Of a DNA stretch of 64,000 bases, positions 50,868 to 60,991 are shown piece after piece. Position 1 is the first letter of the stretch. Every line of letters starts with the position of its first letter. The stretch comes from Nitrospirota bacterium (GTDB lineage: Bacteria; Nitrospirota; Thermodesulfovibrionia; Thermodesulfovibrionales; Dissulfurispiraceae). The stretch is from contig CAWBMP010000002.1 of the NCBI GenBank assembly GCA_963790025.1, forward strand, positions 640,001 through 704,000. The letters run 5' to 3'. The notes beneath the pieces are model-generated. The model was given only the letters and a program-made list of their open reading frames with translations. It did not search any database and was not told where the DNA came from. Both the position numbers and the translations under genes were made by a program.

Positions 50868-51404
50868 TTACAGCTTACTCAACGCCCTTCTGACAGATTT
50901 TTCCCTTTTTGAAAGTTTGTAAGAGTTGCCCTTCCTGGAAGACACAACTTCGTCATATTCGCCGGAATCTTTCAACTCGTCCGCTCCATAAATGTCAGCA
51001 GCAGCGCCGGCTTCTAAGGGAATATCCTTCAACGCAGCTTCTTTATACACTTTTTCGAGGAATTCTTCCGACGGTACCGGGATGGAATTGACCGACCATG
51101 CATAGCGAACAATATCTTTATCCGAACTTACGACTATCCATTCCTTCCGGTTTTTCGCGATAATCCTCTTGATAACTTCGTCAGCTCTTTCGCCGAGCCC
51201 CGAATAAATGATTGACACACCGCCGCGGACTGCCAGGCTCTCATTGCCCCGGCCTGCCTTATAGCCGTCAAACACAACAGTTATGTCATGCATCCTGATT
51301 CGTTTATACCGGACCATCAGATCAATGAAATCATCGCGTGCCTTCTCCCTGCTGTTGTGAGAAGTCCCTATGACATTGTACCCGTCAATAATTATACTTG
51401 TAAT
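50868..51404 (-). CDS. NYN/YacP-like RNase, apparent ATT start
   Basis: Frame extends upstream to ITSIIIDGYNVIG; VVFDG, ADEVI and VVSSD motifs. Confidence 0.8.
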   Translation of the reverse strand: MTSIIIDGYNVIGTSHNSREKARDDFIDLMVRYKRIRMHDITVVFDGYKAGRGNESLAVRGGVSIIYSGLGERADEVIKRIIAKNRKEWIVVSSDKDIVRYAWSVNSIPVPSEEFLEKVYKEAALKDIPLEAGAAADIYGADELKDSGEYDEVVSSRKGNSYKLSKREKSVRRALSKL

Positions 51405-51433
51405 AGCCTTTCACCTCAGTCTGTGCTTCAGTT

Positions 51434-51572
51434 CATAAATACAGTGTCGCACCGAGAGTGTCGAGGCGCCGCTCCAGCAAGGCGCACGGCTGAAGCGTAC
51501 TGTCGAGTCCGTTAAAGGAGTGCAACGAAGCTTAAGCGGATGCATCGGCACTCGAATGCAACTGTATTTATG
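51434..51572. mobile_element. MITE/REP-like element with imperfect TIRs
   Basis: cataaatacagtgtcgcaccgagagtgtcga ... tcggcactcgaatgcaactgtatttatg; contains GCAAGGCGCA as does 37846-37965. Confidence 0.65.
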
Positions 51573-52137
51573 TATTGAAGCACTTAGCTATATCAAGGAT
51601 CATCTCCGCAGTAGTTTTGCTGTAATTGCCGATGTAGTTGAGGCTGCTCCTTACTTCTTTTTCTACATTTGCCATCTCGATATAAAACATAGTGCGGTTG
51701 AACACGAAGTACTGCACGTCTCCCGCCTTCTCCTCCATAAACCGGTAACACCCCATTCCGTATTCAACAGACCCGTCCCTCTTTTGCATCTCGTAGGGTA
51801 CTCCGTGTATTCTGCATATCATGGGACGATGTGCATAGAGAATGCACAAACCGTTCTCGTTGAGCGGACACATGACCCGCACATCGTCGGGAGAGGCGTT
51901 ATGGATCCTTACGACGTTCTCGGCGCGGCTTATTATCTCTCTTCTCCTGTCCCTGTCAAGACCCCTGAGGCCTTCGGCAAGATAAAGCTCCTCAGCCAGC
52001 ATGTGGTGATGGAATTTAGTCTTGCAGCAATTGTCGGCACAGCCGTCACAGCCGAACTTGTAAGAATCAAGGGCAGCCGAATACAGAGAGTCGATGGCCC
52101 CGAATATTTCCTCAAGTCTCTTTAAATGCCTGTCCAT
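51568..52137 (-). CDS. YkgJ-like cysteine-cluster protein
   Basis: CDGCADNCC..CPL..CILYAHRPMICR. Confidence 0.8.
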   Translation of the reverse strand: MDRHLKRLEEIFGAIDSLYSAALDSYKFGCDGCADNCCKTKFHHHMLAEELYLAEGLRGLDRDRRREIISRAENVVRIHNASPDDVRVMCPLNENGLCILYAHRPMICRIHGVPYEMQKRDGSVEYGMGCYRFMEEKAGDVQYFVFNRTMFYIEMANVEKEVRSSLNYIGNYSKTTAEMILDIAKCFNT

Positions 52138-52344
52138 TATTCCTCCGCAAATACCTTAAGCACGGTCGCATGGTCTTTTCTGAATCAGGTCCCATGTTGC
52201 GTCATCAATTTCATTTATATACTCCGAAAGCGTGTAACTCCAGCCGCATTCCATGCAGCGCAGTGTCACCGCCTTTCAGCCGGTAATCACTTTAAGCTCG
52301 CCGTTACATTTCCTGCATTTCATAAAAAGACCCTCCAAGCCGAG

Positions 52345-52440
52345 CTAAGGGCTGAAGGCAAATGGCTAAAGGTTTAATAAAATGAAAAAGTCTGTTTTTA
52401 TTTTTCCTGGTTTTTGCCCTTTACCTTTTGCCTTTAGCCC
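52345..52440. repeat. Inverted heptamer arms (GGCTAAA type)
   Basis: gctaagggctgaaggcaaatggctaaagg ... ttgccctttaccttttgcctttagcc. Confidence 0.75.
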
Positions 52441-52463
52441 GGTTTTTAATATACCATACTATT

Positions 52464-52997
52464 GTGGATCAGTTAAAATTACTAAACCATACTCTCTTGT
52501 GGCGGAACAGGGAACAATGGGAAAAAGCAGTACAACTCCTGGAGCTGTTTTTCGACAATAATGGCGCCGTTTTCGCCGCAGCTAAAGAGAAGGCATCATT
52601 GCTTAAAGATACCATTAACTCAATCGATGCCTTTATCCAGCGGCATACCGACGAAGTATGCCCGCACTGTCAAAATGTATGCTGCATAAACAGGCACGGT
52701 TATTACGATTATGAAGACCTTATCTATGTTTACGCTCTCGGGATGAAGCCCCCTGCTTACAAAGAGGGCATTGAGGATACGTCTTCCTGTCAATTCATTT
52801 CGCGCAACGGCTGCACCATTGAAAGGGCCTTGCGCCCGTTCAGGTGCAACTGGTATTTCTGCAGCGAGCTCATACGCCACATGGAAGAGGGACCCCCAAA
52901 ACCTTACAGGGACTTTATCAGGCAGTTCCAAAGGGCGACCGGGGCAAAAAAAACAATGCTGGATGAGTTCTTCGCGGCCGCACAAGGAAATAACTAA
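52464..52997 (+). CDS. Cysteine-cluster hypothetical protein (YkgJ-like)
   Basis: CPHCQNVCC..CQF..GC..RPFRC..YFC; start uncertain. Confidence 0.65.
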   Translation: MDQLKLLNHTLLWRNREQWEKAVQLLELFFDNNGAVFAAAKEKASLLKDTINSIDAFIQRHTDEVCPHCQNVCCINRHGYYDYEDLIYVYALGMKPPAYKEGIEDTSSCQFISRNGCTIERALRPFRCNWYFCSELIRHMEEGPPKPYRDFIRQFQRATGAKKTMLDEFFAAAQGNN

Positions 52998-53024
52998 CCT
53001 CCGGTTTTAAGAAAGGAGTTCACT

Positions 53025-55712
53025 ATGTCAATAAAAAATCTCGAAACCTTGTTCAAACCCAAAAGGGTTGCCGTTATCGGTGCAAGCGAGGACCCAGATT
53101 CCATAGGTTATCGTATTCTCAGCAACATGGTCGGCAAAGGATTCAAGGGCGTAGTATATCCTGTGAATCCTTTATTGGAGGGAGTGCAGGGGATAGAGGC
53201 ATACAAATCCATCTCCTCCATAACCCAGCCGGTCGATCTGGCGGTAATTGCTGTTCCTATTGACGCCATTCTTTCCACACTGGAAGAGTGCGGCAAAAAG
53301 GGAGTTAAGGGAGTGTCCATAATATGCCCCGACTTCGAGAGCAAGGTCAAAGACCTCCATCTTTGGGCATCCCAGATCAAGGAGCTTTCTTTTAAATATG
53401 CTTTAAGAGTCGTCGGTCCGAACACTCTCGGCTTTATCAGGCCCAGTATGAATCTAAATGCGAGCATCTTTCCCAAAATGCCCAAGAAAGGCAACATCGC
53501 TTTTATTGCCCAGAGCGCTACGCTTTCCGCTGCCCTGCTGGACAGGGCGGTAAGCAAGAACGTCGGCTTCAGTTATATAATTTCATTGGGGGCCAAAATG
53601 GACCTCGGCTTTTCCGACCTGATCGATTTCCTGGGCGTCGACCCCGAGACAAGGGCCATTATTCTTTACCTCGAATATATCTCTCGTGGACGGAAATTCA
53701 TGACTGCTGTCAGGAGCTTTGCGCGGAGCAAGCCTATCGTTGTCGTCAAGTCGGGCAAATTCGATATCTCGGCCCAAATGTCTTTGACCCATTCAGGGTT
53801 TCTTGCCGGGGAAGACAGGGTCTACGATGCTGCATTCAAACGGGCTGGGGCAGTGAGGATAGATGAAATTCTCGATCTATTCTATATGGTTGAGACGCTC
53901 GCCAAACAGCGCCGTCCGAAAGGGAACCGCCTTGCCATTATTACCAATGCCGGTGCGCCGTCCATACTTGCAGTCGATACACTTTTGCGCCTTGAGGGCA
54001 AGCTGGCTAAACTCTCGGACGAGACCATGGCAAGCCTGAAACAACAATTGCCCGCGGTAACGCAGGCGCATAACCCTCTCACTCTCTTCACCAATGCCTC
54101 TACCGTAGAATACCATGCAGCAGTCAAACACTGCTTGAACGACTGGGACGTGGATGGAGTGCTGGTACTGCATGTGCCTTATTTCGGCACAGACCCGACA
54201 GAGATTGCATGGGCGGTCGCGGCGGCATCACAGGAAAATCCCTCTGTTCCCATCTTTACAGTCTGGATGGGCGATGATCAGGTGTCCTCTGCGCGGGAAT
54301 ATCTGAATGCTAAAGGGATACCCACCTTTGTTACTCCGGAGCAGGCGGTAAAAAGTTTTATTTACATGTACCGTTACGATTACAACTTGCAGCTCCTTCA
54401 GGAAACGCCCGAAACCATTCTCAAAGATTTCGCGCCGGATTCCAAGGGTGCCATGGAAATCTTCAAGCAGGCAGCAAAAGAGAAAAGGTTCATACTGAGC
54501 CTCAATGAGATCAAAGCGGTACTGCAGGCATACGGCATCCCGGTGATAGACACCAGGAGGACCGGAAGCGAAGAGGAGGCCATACATATAGCCGAAGATC
54601 TCGGCTATCCTGTGGTACTGAAAATAGATTCGGAGAAGATCATCAACAAGCTCGAGAAAGGAGGGGTGATCCTTAATCTCAAGGACAGCTCTTCCGTGCA
54701 ATCCGCCTTCAGGCAGATCAGGAAAATAGCCGATGACATAGGGGACCCCGACGCTCATGTCATAGTCCAGCCTATGATCATTAAGCACGGCTTTGAACTG
54801 GCGATCGGCGCAAAGAAAGACCCGACGTTCGGAGCGGTCATCCTTTTCGGTACCGGTGGAGAACTCCTTGAAGCACTTGGAGATTATGCGGTAGGCCTTC
54901 CCCCGCTCAATCAGACGCTTGCCAGACGCATGATGGAGGAAACCAAAATTTACAAATATCTCCAGACACAGGAGGCATACAGAGAGATGCTGCCGTTGCT
55001 TGATGAAATGCTGGTACGGTTTTCGCAGCTTATTGTTGATTTCCCCTGTATAAAAGAGATCGATATTAATCCCTTCGTCATCACAGGCAAAGAAGGGTTT
55101 GTGCTGGATGCGGCCATACTGCTCGAAAAAGACGAAATGGATGAATGTGAACGAATGAGAGAGGATATTTGTCCCTCCCATCTTTCCATCTGCCCTTATC
55201 CTTTTAAATACATCAAGGAGGTCGTACTGAAAGATGGGACTCCGGCAGTCATCAGGCCCATACGGCCCGAAGATGAACCGCTGATTTACGAGTTCTTCAA
55301 GTTGCTCTCCGATGACACTATTATGTTCAGGTTCTGCCAGCGCCTGACCGATATGCCGCATGAGCGACTGGTAAGATATTGCCAGATAGATTACGACAGA
55401 GAGTTGGCCTTTGTGGCTGTAATCAAGGACAATTCGGACCGGGAAAAAATCATTGCCGATATACGGATCATCAAAATGCCTGACCTTGAAACCGCCGAGC
55501 TTGCTATAACGGTGGCCGATGGATGGCAGGGACGTGGTATCGGCAGCATGCTGATGGAGTACTGCATCGATATTGTAGTGCAGATAGGATTAAATCTTGT
55601 CTGGATGGAGATCCTGAAAAACAACTCGAGGATGCTTCACCTTTCAAAGACTTACGGCTTTAAACAGGTGCATGATGATGAAGATATGATAAAGGTCATG
55701 CGCCAGTGGTAG
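53025..55712 (+). CDS. Acyl-CoA synthetase (NDP-forming)-GNAT fusion, Pat/PatZ-type
   Basis: CoA-binding VAVIGAS and GPNTLG; ATP-grasp YPVVLKI and IDINP; C-terminal IRPIRPED..WQGRGIG. Confidence 0.9.
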   Translation: MSIKNLETLFKPKRVAVIGASEDPDSIGYRILSNMVGKGFKGVVYPVNPLLEGVQGIEAYKSISSITQPVDLAVIAVPIDAILSTLEECGKKGVKGVSIICPDFESKVKDLHLWASQIKELSFKYALRVVGPNTLGFIRPSMNLNASIFPKMPKKGNIAFIAQSATLSAALLDRAVSKNVGFSYIISLGAKMDLGFSDLIDFLGVDPETRAIILYLEYISRGRKFMTAVRSFARSKPIVVVKSGKFDISAQMSLTHSGFLAGEDRVYDAAFKRAGAVRIDEILDLFYMVETLAKQRRPKGNRLAIITNAGAPSILAVDTLLRLEGKLAKLSDETMASLKQQLPAVTQAHNPLTLFTNASTVEYHAAVKHCLNDWDVDGVLVLHVPYFGTDPTEIAWAVAAASQENPSVPIFTVWMGDDQVSSAREYLNAKGIPTFVTPEQAVKSFIYMYRYDYNLQLLQETPETILKDFAPDSKGAMEIFKQAAKEKRFILSLNEIKAVLQAYGIPVIDTRRTGSEEEAIHIAEDLGYPVVLKIDSEKIINKLEKGGVILNLKDSSSVQSAFRQIRKIADDIGDPDAHVIVQPMIIKHGFELAIGAKKDPTFGAVILFGTGGELLEALGDYAVGLPPLNQTLARRMMEETKIYKYLQTQEAYREMLPLLDEMLVRFSQLIVDFPCIKEIDINPFVITGKEGFVLDAAILLEKDEMDECERMREDICPSHLSICPYPFKYIKEVVLKDGTPAVIRPIRPEDEPLIYEFFKLLSDDTIMFRFCQRLTDMPHERLVRYCQIDYDRELAFVAVIKDNSDREKIIADIRIIKMPDLETAELAITVADGWQGRGIGSMLMEYCIDIVVQIGLNLVWMEILKNNSRMLHLSKTYGFKQVHDDEDMIKVMRQW

Positions 55713-56964
55713 TTTTTGCAAGGCTTTTCAGGTATCGTATTCTCTCAAGCACGGGTGGGTGAGAATAGTACAGCGCCGCATACAGCGGGTGTGGGTAGAA
55801 ATTGGAGAGATTTTCCTTTGAAAGCTTGACGAGGGCATTGACCATGCTCCCCGTATCTCCTGTGAGTTCGTATGATGCCAGGTCAGCCTGCCGCTCATAC
55901 CTCCGGGATAAGAAATTAGGGAGCGGCTTCAGCGGGAACAGAAAGATGCCTGCAACAAAACCAAGCAGCAGTAATTTCACAAAGAGGGTGCCTCTGCCCG
56001 GGGTCATCCCGATCCCAAAAACGTGCAGAAGAATATCGCTTTGAACAATCCTGTATGAGACATACATGCCCAGAAATGAAAAAATCTCAAAAGCGGCAAG
56101 GGTCTTCAGAAGATGTTTTCTTCTCCAGTGGCCAATCTCATGGGCAAACACGGCCAGGATTTCATTGTTATCCATGCGCTCAAGGAGAGTATCATACAGG
56201 ACTATCCTTTTTGTCCTCCCTATCCCGGTAAAATAGGCATTTGTGTGCTTGCTCCTCCTTGAAGCATCCACCTTCAATACCCTGCTTGCATGAATGCCGG
56301 CCTTGTCCGCAAGCGCAATGATCTTCTCCTTGAGCAACTCATCCTGAACAAGCGCAAATTTGTTGAACAACGGCTCGATGACATACGGCGATATATACAT
56401 AACAAACAAGCTGAAAATAAAAAGAAAACCCCACACCCATAACCACCAGTAGCGGGGGCCCCACTGAATAAGCCAGAGACCCGCGAAAGTGACGAGTGAG
56501 AACATGATCATCGATATAAGGATGGACTTTATAAAATCCGATATCCAGAGCCGCAGCGTCATGGTGTTGAACCCGTACCTGTTTTCTATTCTGAAAACAT
56601 TATAGAGACTAAAAGGGATTGATGTTGTCTCTTCTGCAAAGGATAAAAGCAGGAAAAAAAGCCACCCGGAAACAATGAAGGATAAATTGAGCGACGCAAT
56701 CCACACACAATAACGGTCCAGCAAGCCGCCAAATACGAAGGCAATAACAACAATATTTCCAAACAGCGACGAAATAAAACCGAACCGGGTCTTGTCGGTC
56801 TCGTAGGCCCGCATTTTTTCGAGCATCGGAACATCGACCTGCCCCTCAAACTCCGGAGGTATCGAAACACCCTTTTTCCTCATATGTGTGAGGTTGAGGC
56901 ATTGCACCGCGTATTCAAACGCTTCCTTAACTACATAGAGTATGAGAATCGCTATTCTTACCAT
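55696..56964 (-). CDS. M48/Ste24 family metallopeptidase
   Basis: NAYFTG, HEIGH and YSHPP motifs. Confidence 0.92.
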   Translation of the reverse strand: MVRIAILILYVVKEAFEYAVQCLNLTHMRKKGVSIPPEFEGQVDVPMLEKMRAYETDKTRFGFISSLFGNIVVIAFVFGGLLDRYCVWIASLNLSFIVSGWLFFLLLSFAEETTSIPFSLYNVFRIENRYGFNTMTLRLWISDFIKSILISMIMFSLVTFAGLWLIQWGPRYWWLWVWGFLFIFSLFVMYISPYVIEPLFNKFALVQDELLKEKIIALADKAGIHASRVLKVDASRRSKHTNAYFTGIGRTKRIVLYDTLLERMDNNEILAVFAHEIGHWRRKHLLKTLAAFEIFSFLGMYVSYRIVQSDILLHVFGIGMTPGRGTLFVKLLLLGFVAGIFLFPLKPLPNFLSRRYERQADLASYELTGDTGSMVNALVKLSKENLSNFYPHPLYAALYYSHPPVLERIRYLKSLAKTTTGA

Positions 56965-56970
56965 GTATAG

Positions 56971-57591
56971 TTATGGCTGGGTCTGATTGATATTCCTGTA
57001 GATAAACAGCATAAAATCATACGCCATCCTGTCATGCCTGAGAGATATAAAGGGAGAAAGGTTTTCAGCTGCAAATGCAAATGCCTCTTCAGGAGAAGTA
57101 TAGTGCAACTCAAAATCTTTATTGGGATTATAAACAGAGAGGGCATTAAAGGCAAGCGCACTGCGGCAGTGTTTGAAAAGTTTAATCAGGGCGTTCCTGA
57201 TTGTCTCATCAAGCCCCTGGACATTCAGATTAAACACGCCGCAGAGGAATATATAATCAAAATCCTCGCCAAGTACATCTTTTTCAATATCAAAAACTCT
57301 GAAATCGACACCGGGAAATTTTTCTTGTGCCAACGCAACAAGTTTCTCATTAATATCAAAACCTGAATATCCTACCTGAATATCCCTGTCTTTCAGGAAC
57401 TGGTAGAAATCTCCTTTCCCGCATCCGTAGTCGAGGACCTTCCCGCCGCTGATGTCTCCTATATCAAGAAGGCTTTCGTAGTGTAAACGCTGCCCTGCAT
57501 CCGACCACCTGACCGCCTCCGGTCTGTCGCCGAGCAGGCCGAGTTGCCTGTCGAAAAAATTGACCACCCACTTTTTTGAGAGCTCGTCCAT
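56971..57591 (-). CDS. Class I SAM-dependent methyltransferase
   Basis: VLDYGCGKG motif. Confidence 0.85.
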   Translation of the reverse strand: MDELSKKWVVNFFDRQLGLLGDRPEAVRWSDAGQRLHYESLLDIGDISGGKVLDYGCGKGDFYQFLKDRDIQVGYSGFDINEKLVALAQEKFPGVDFRVFDIEKDVLGEDFDYIFLCGVFNLNVQGLDETIRNALIKLFKHCRSALAFNALSVYNPNKDFELHYTSPEEAFAFAAENLSPFISLRHDRMAYDFMLFIYRNINQTQP

Positions 57592-57650
57592 AGATAATTA
57601 TAAACTAAAGGCCATCTACTTTCCTGCTGCCATCTGTTACAATAAAAGAC

Positions 57651-58115
57651 ATGGCTAAAGTCAGTGCAGGAATTCTTATGTTTCGTCTTAACGGCAATGG
57701 CATCCAGGTATTATTGGTGCACCCCGGCGGTCCTATCTGGAACAAAAGAGACCTTGCCGCATGGTCCATACCCAAGGGGTTGATCGGTCCCGGAGAAGAG
57801 GCGCTCGATGCTGCGCAGAGGGAGTTCATGGAAGAAACCGGTTTCAGGGCCTCGGGACATTTTATGCCCCTCAAATCCGTAATACAGCCCGGCGGCAAAA
57901 TCGTGCAGGCTTGGGCGCTCGAAGGCGACTGCGATCCATCGGCAATCAAAAGCAATTATTTCTCTATGGAATGGCCCCCGGGCTCCGGCCGGTCCCAGAG
58001 GTTTCCCGAAGTTGACCGGGCCTCATGGTTTGGGCTGGAAGATGCAAGAATAAAGATTCATAAAGGGCAGTCACCCCTGCTTGATGAACTTGAGCAAATG
58101 CTCTCAAAGTCGTAA
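57651..58115 (+). CDS. NUDIX hydrolase
   Basis: VHPGGP; Nudix box PKG..E..AAQREFMEETG. Confidence 0.9.
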   Translation: MAKVSAGILMFRLNGNGIQVLLVHPGGPIWNKRDLAAWSIPKGLIGPGEEALDAAQREFMEETGFRASGHFMPLKSVIQPGGKIVQAWALEGDCDPSAIKSNYFSMEWPPGSGRSQRFPEVDRASWFGLEDARIKIHKGQSPLLDELEQMLSKS

Positions 58116-58144
58116 AATTTCACTATGAAAAACACCGGATTATT

Positions 58145-58801
58145 ATGCTGAAAAGACAGATTGCCGTAGGCGACATACATGGCCTTTTTGAGCTGCTAAA
58201 AACACTGGTCGAAAAAAATATCGGGTTCAGACCCGATGAAGACATGTTAATCTTTATGGGCGATTACATCGACCGCGGAAAGCAAAGCAAAGAAGTCGTC
58301 CAGTATGTAAGTGCATTGAAAGATAAACACCCTGATTCCATTGTTCTACTCAAAGGGAACCATGAAGACCTTGCCTATAATGTGCTGACGGCCCTGGACC
58401 CGCGAAAGGAAATGCTGTTTTGGGGTTTCAACGGAGGCAATGATACTGTCATCAGCTTCGACGGTATTGACAATGCCAGGGAATACCTCATCCCCTTTAT
58501 CAACTCATTGCAACTCTATTACGAAACCGATACACACATTTTTGTGCATGCGGGCATTCCGCGCGGCAAAGACTTGAGCACGGCTACCCCTGAAGAACTC
58601 CTCTGGGGCAGGGATTTTAACTATGCCGGGGAAAAAACACTCGTTGTAGGTCACACCCCCAAAAGCAAGGTCGACTATTTCAACAACGGCAAAATACTGT
58701 GCGTAGATACCGGAGCATATATAAGCGGCATCCTTTCTGGCTATGATGTACTTAATTCGAAACTGTATAAGGCCGAAAAGAAAGATGGCATTATTTCCTG
58801 A
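58145..58801 (+). CDS. Metallophosphoesterase (PrpA/B-like Ser/Thr phosphatase)
   Basis: GDIHG, GDYIDRG, GNHE and GHTP motifs. Confidence 0.92.
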   Translation: MLKRQIAVGDIHGLFELLKTLVEKNIGFRPDEDMLIFMGDYIDRGKQSKEVVQYVSALKDKHPDSIVLLKGNHEDLAYNVLTALDPRKEMLFWGFNGGNDTVISFDGIDNAREYLIPFINSLQLYYETDTHIFVHAGIPRGKDLSTATPEELLWGRDFNYAGEKTLVVGHTPKSKVDYFNNGKILCVDTGAYISGILSGYDVLNSKLYKAEKKDGIIS

Positions 58802-59489
58802 TAATGCGTCCTGTGGGCTCCCATAGGGGGGCATTTACCTGCGGCGGAGGGCGAAAGCTCTCCACAAGGTCTCCTATTTTTGCCTTGTTAAAATCCTTTA
58901 TTCTTATGCCGACATGCTTCCCGGGTGTTACTTTGTTTACCGTGGCATTCCCTATATGGAGCGACTCTATTGCGCCTTCATACACAGGACCCATGGCAGA
59001 GATGATGCGGAAACGTTCACCAACGGCAAAAAAACCTTCCTGGATTTGGCATCCAATGATAATCCCCTTCCGGGTGCTTTTGAAAAGGGCTATTATTTTG
59101 CCCGATCCGATAATCTGCTCCTCCGGCGGATGTGGAACCATGTCCCCGGCAATGGCCTGAATATCATCTGTCAACTTGTAAATAACATCATATAGGCGGA
59201 CCTCGACCTTGTGCTCCCTTAACACTATGTCCATAGCCGGCATCACCGCCACCTGGAAACCAACAATAAGCCCGCTTGCAGTCACGGCAAAGAGGACATC
59301 AGATTTACTTATGGCGCCGACACCGCTGTGAATAACAGTGATTTCGACATTGGGCGTGGTAAGTGCCGTAATACTCTTCGTAACAGCCTCCACACTTCCC
59401 ACGGAGTCACACTTAAGGACAATTTCGAGCTTCGGCTTTTTCTCTTGTGCCGTAAGTCCTGGCGCCGGTAGTTTCTTTATTGTTTTCAT
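58791..59489 (-). CDS. Stand-alone protein resembling the IF-2 C-terminal domains (no GTPase domain)
   Basis: IVLKCDSVGSVEA..GVGAISKSDV..IVGFQV..YDVIYKLTDDI..IIGC..IESL; likely ATG at 59489. Confidence 0.75.
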   Translation of the reverse strand: MKTIKKLPAPGLTAQEKKPKLEIVLKCDSVGSVEAVTKSITALTTPNVEITVIHSGVGAISKSDVLFAVTASGLIVGFQVAVMPAMDIVLREHKVEVRLYDVIYKLTDDIQAIAGDMVPHPPEEQIIGSGKIIALFKSTRKGIIIGCQIQEGFFAVGERFRIISAMGPVYEGAIESLHIGNATVNKVTPGKHVGIRIKDFNKAKIGDLVESFRPPPQVNAPLWEPTGRIIRK

Positions 59490-60134
59490 GGGATTCCTAT
59501 TCAAAGCATAGGACTTTGGCCCGGCGGTGTCAATGTCAAATTGAAGAAGAATTTTGTTTTTAACATTGACACTATGAAACAAAAAATCAAAGAGAATCGT
59601 ATAAACTGTTCGCCGGGATGCAGCTTTTTTAAAAGCTGAAACTGCATGCTGTTGAGGGTCTAAACTGATGATAACCAATAGAGGAACTGGCATACGACCG
59701 GCCAGTCTCTCGATTGGATTATTTGCGGCAGATTCCTGCCAGTCACTCCGATTCATTCCTGCCGACTGCTCCGTTTTCTTTCTGCCACCCGTTCCGAAGC
59801 AAACTTGCCGCTCGTCGCGGGACGACTTGGCGTCGCCTTGAAACAGTGACGGATAGGTACTTCCTGGAGTCCGCAACAGTTTCGGTTATTAATATCTGTT
59901 TTTTTCAATCCAAGTGCGCAAACTTAAGAGGTCTCGGCTAGCGCAAAGTACGCTCTAAACAAGGCGTGCCCGAGTGGACCTAAGCTGATGAGAAGTTTCT
60001 TCGGAAATCTTGAGTCTTCTCATTAATATTTCATCCAGAAGAAATAGGAATCCTTGCGCCGCATCACAACTGTCCTGCTGGTGATAGTATTAGAAAATAG
60101 CCCTGGCTCCCATGGTTGACAAAGACAGAAGAGC

Positions 60135-60163
60135 TTGACATATTATGAGCATATGCTTATAAT
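60135..60163 (+). promoter_or_regulatory. Consensus sigma70 promoter TTGACA-17-TATAAT with palindrome ATGAGCATATGCTTAT in the spacer
   Basis: Read directly from the sequence; GTG start follows 6 nt after the -10 box. Confidence 0.8.
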
Positions 60164-60169
60164 TATCTT

Positions 60170-60455
60170 GTGGCGAGACCTAAGAAATGCAGATGCGTCA
60201 AATCCAGACCAAATGCCATATATTTTAAAGCCTAGGGGTATCCCCCTTATGGAACTTGCAGAGATATCCATCAGCTTGGACGAATTTGAGGCTATAAGAC
60301 TGGCAGACTACGAGGGGCTTTATCACGAGGACTCAGCCGGTAAAATGGAGATTTCACGCCCGACATTTGGCAGGATATTAAATGATGCTCACAGAAAGAT
60401 CGCTGAGTGCCTTTTACAAGGCACTCAGCGATCGAAGATGAATAAAAAAAACTAG
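60170..60455 (+). pseudogene. DUF134 family DNA-binding protein, frameshifted
   Basis: MARPKKCRCVKSRPNAIYF, an extra A at ~60227, then KPRGIP..EFEAIRLADYEGL..MEISRPTFGRIL. Confidence 0.8.
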
Positions 60456-60466
60456 GAGGTAGAGTG

Positions 60467-60847
60467 ATGAAAGTATGTTTTCCAGTAGAAAAGAACGAGG
60501 GAGTCGAAAGCATGGTGTTTAACCATTTCGGCACGGCGCCGCTCTTCGTAGTTGTGGATACCCAAACAGACGAGGTTTCGGTAATAACCAACAGGGATCA
60601 GCACCATGTTCACGGGCAGTGTAATCCCGTTAGGGAGCTGGGTAATAAGCAGGTTAATGCCGTAGTGGTCGGCGGTATCGGCAGTGGCGCTCTCAGAGGG
60701 CTAAATCTATCAGGAATAAGAGTTTATCAGACACGGGCTCAGAACGTTAAAGAGAATGTCCTAATGTTCAGAACTGGGTCCCTTACGGAGTTTACGCCCA
60801 TGCAATGCTGTGGTGGACATACACAAGGAGAAGGCTGCGCTCATTAA
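60467..60847 (+). CDS. NifB/NifX-like (FeMo-cofactor-binding fold) protein
   Basis: HFGTAPLF and VVGGIG motifs; His/Cys-rich. Confidence 0.85.
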   Translation: MKVCFPVEKNEGVESMVFNHFGTAPLFVVVDTQTDEVSVITNRDQHHVHGQCNPVRELGNKQVNAVVVGGIGSGALRGLNLSGIRVYQTRAQNVKENVLMFRTGSLTEFTPMQCCGGHTQGEGCAH

Positions 60848-60991
60848 TGTAGAGCCGAAGGTCAGAGGCTTGGATCAGGAAAGGATCATCAATCAGCGGC
60901 TGTTTTTGGTAATTGGTAATATGATTTAGGTCAGACATTGAGCCACGCTTGAGGATTTATTGAGGGGAGCGAGAGAGAGTTTTTTTCGTTT

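Noticed and set aside
59490..59876. N-terminal extension of the IF-2-like ORF
   Set aside because: No GTPase or IF-2 similarity; probably a chance open frame through intergenic DNA.
59985..60024. Hammerhead ribozyme (CTGATGA...GAAA)
   Set aside because: The GAAA is paired inside the stem rather than following stem II, and stems I and III cannot be built.
60220..60232. Programmed -1 frameshift at TTTAAAG in DUF134
   Set aside because: Restoring the frame needs +1, not -1, and neighbouring genes are also broken, so decay is the simpler explanation.
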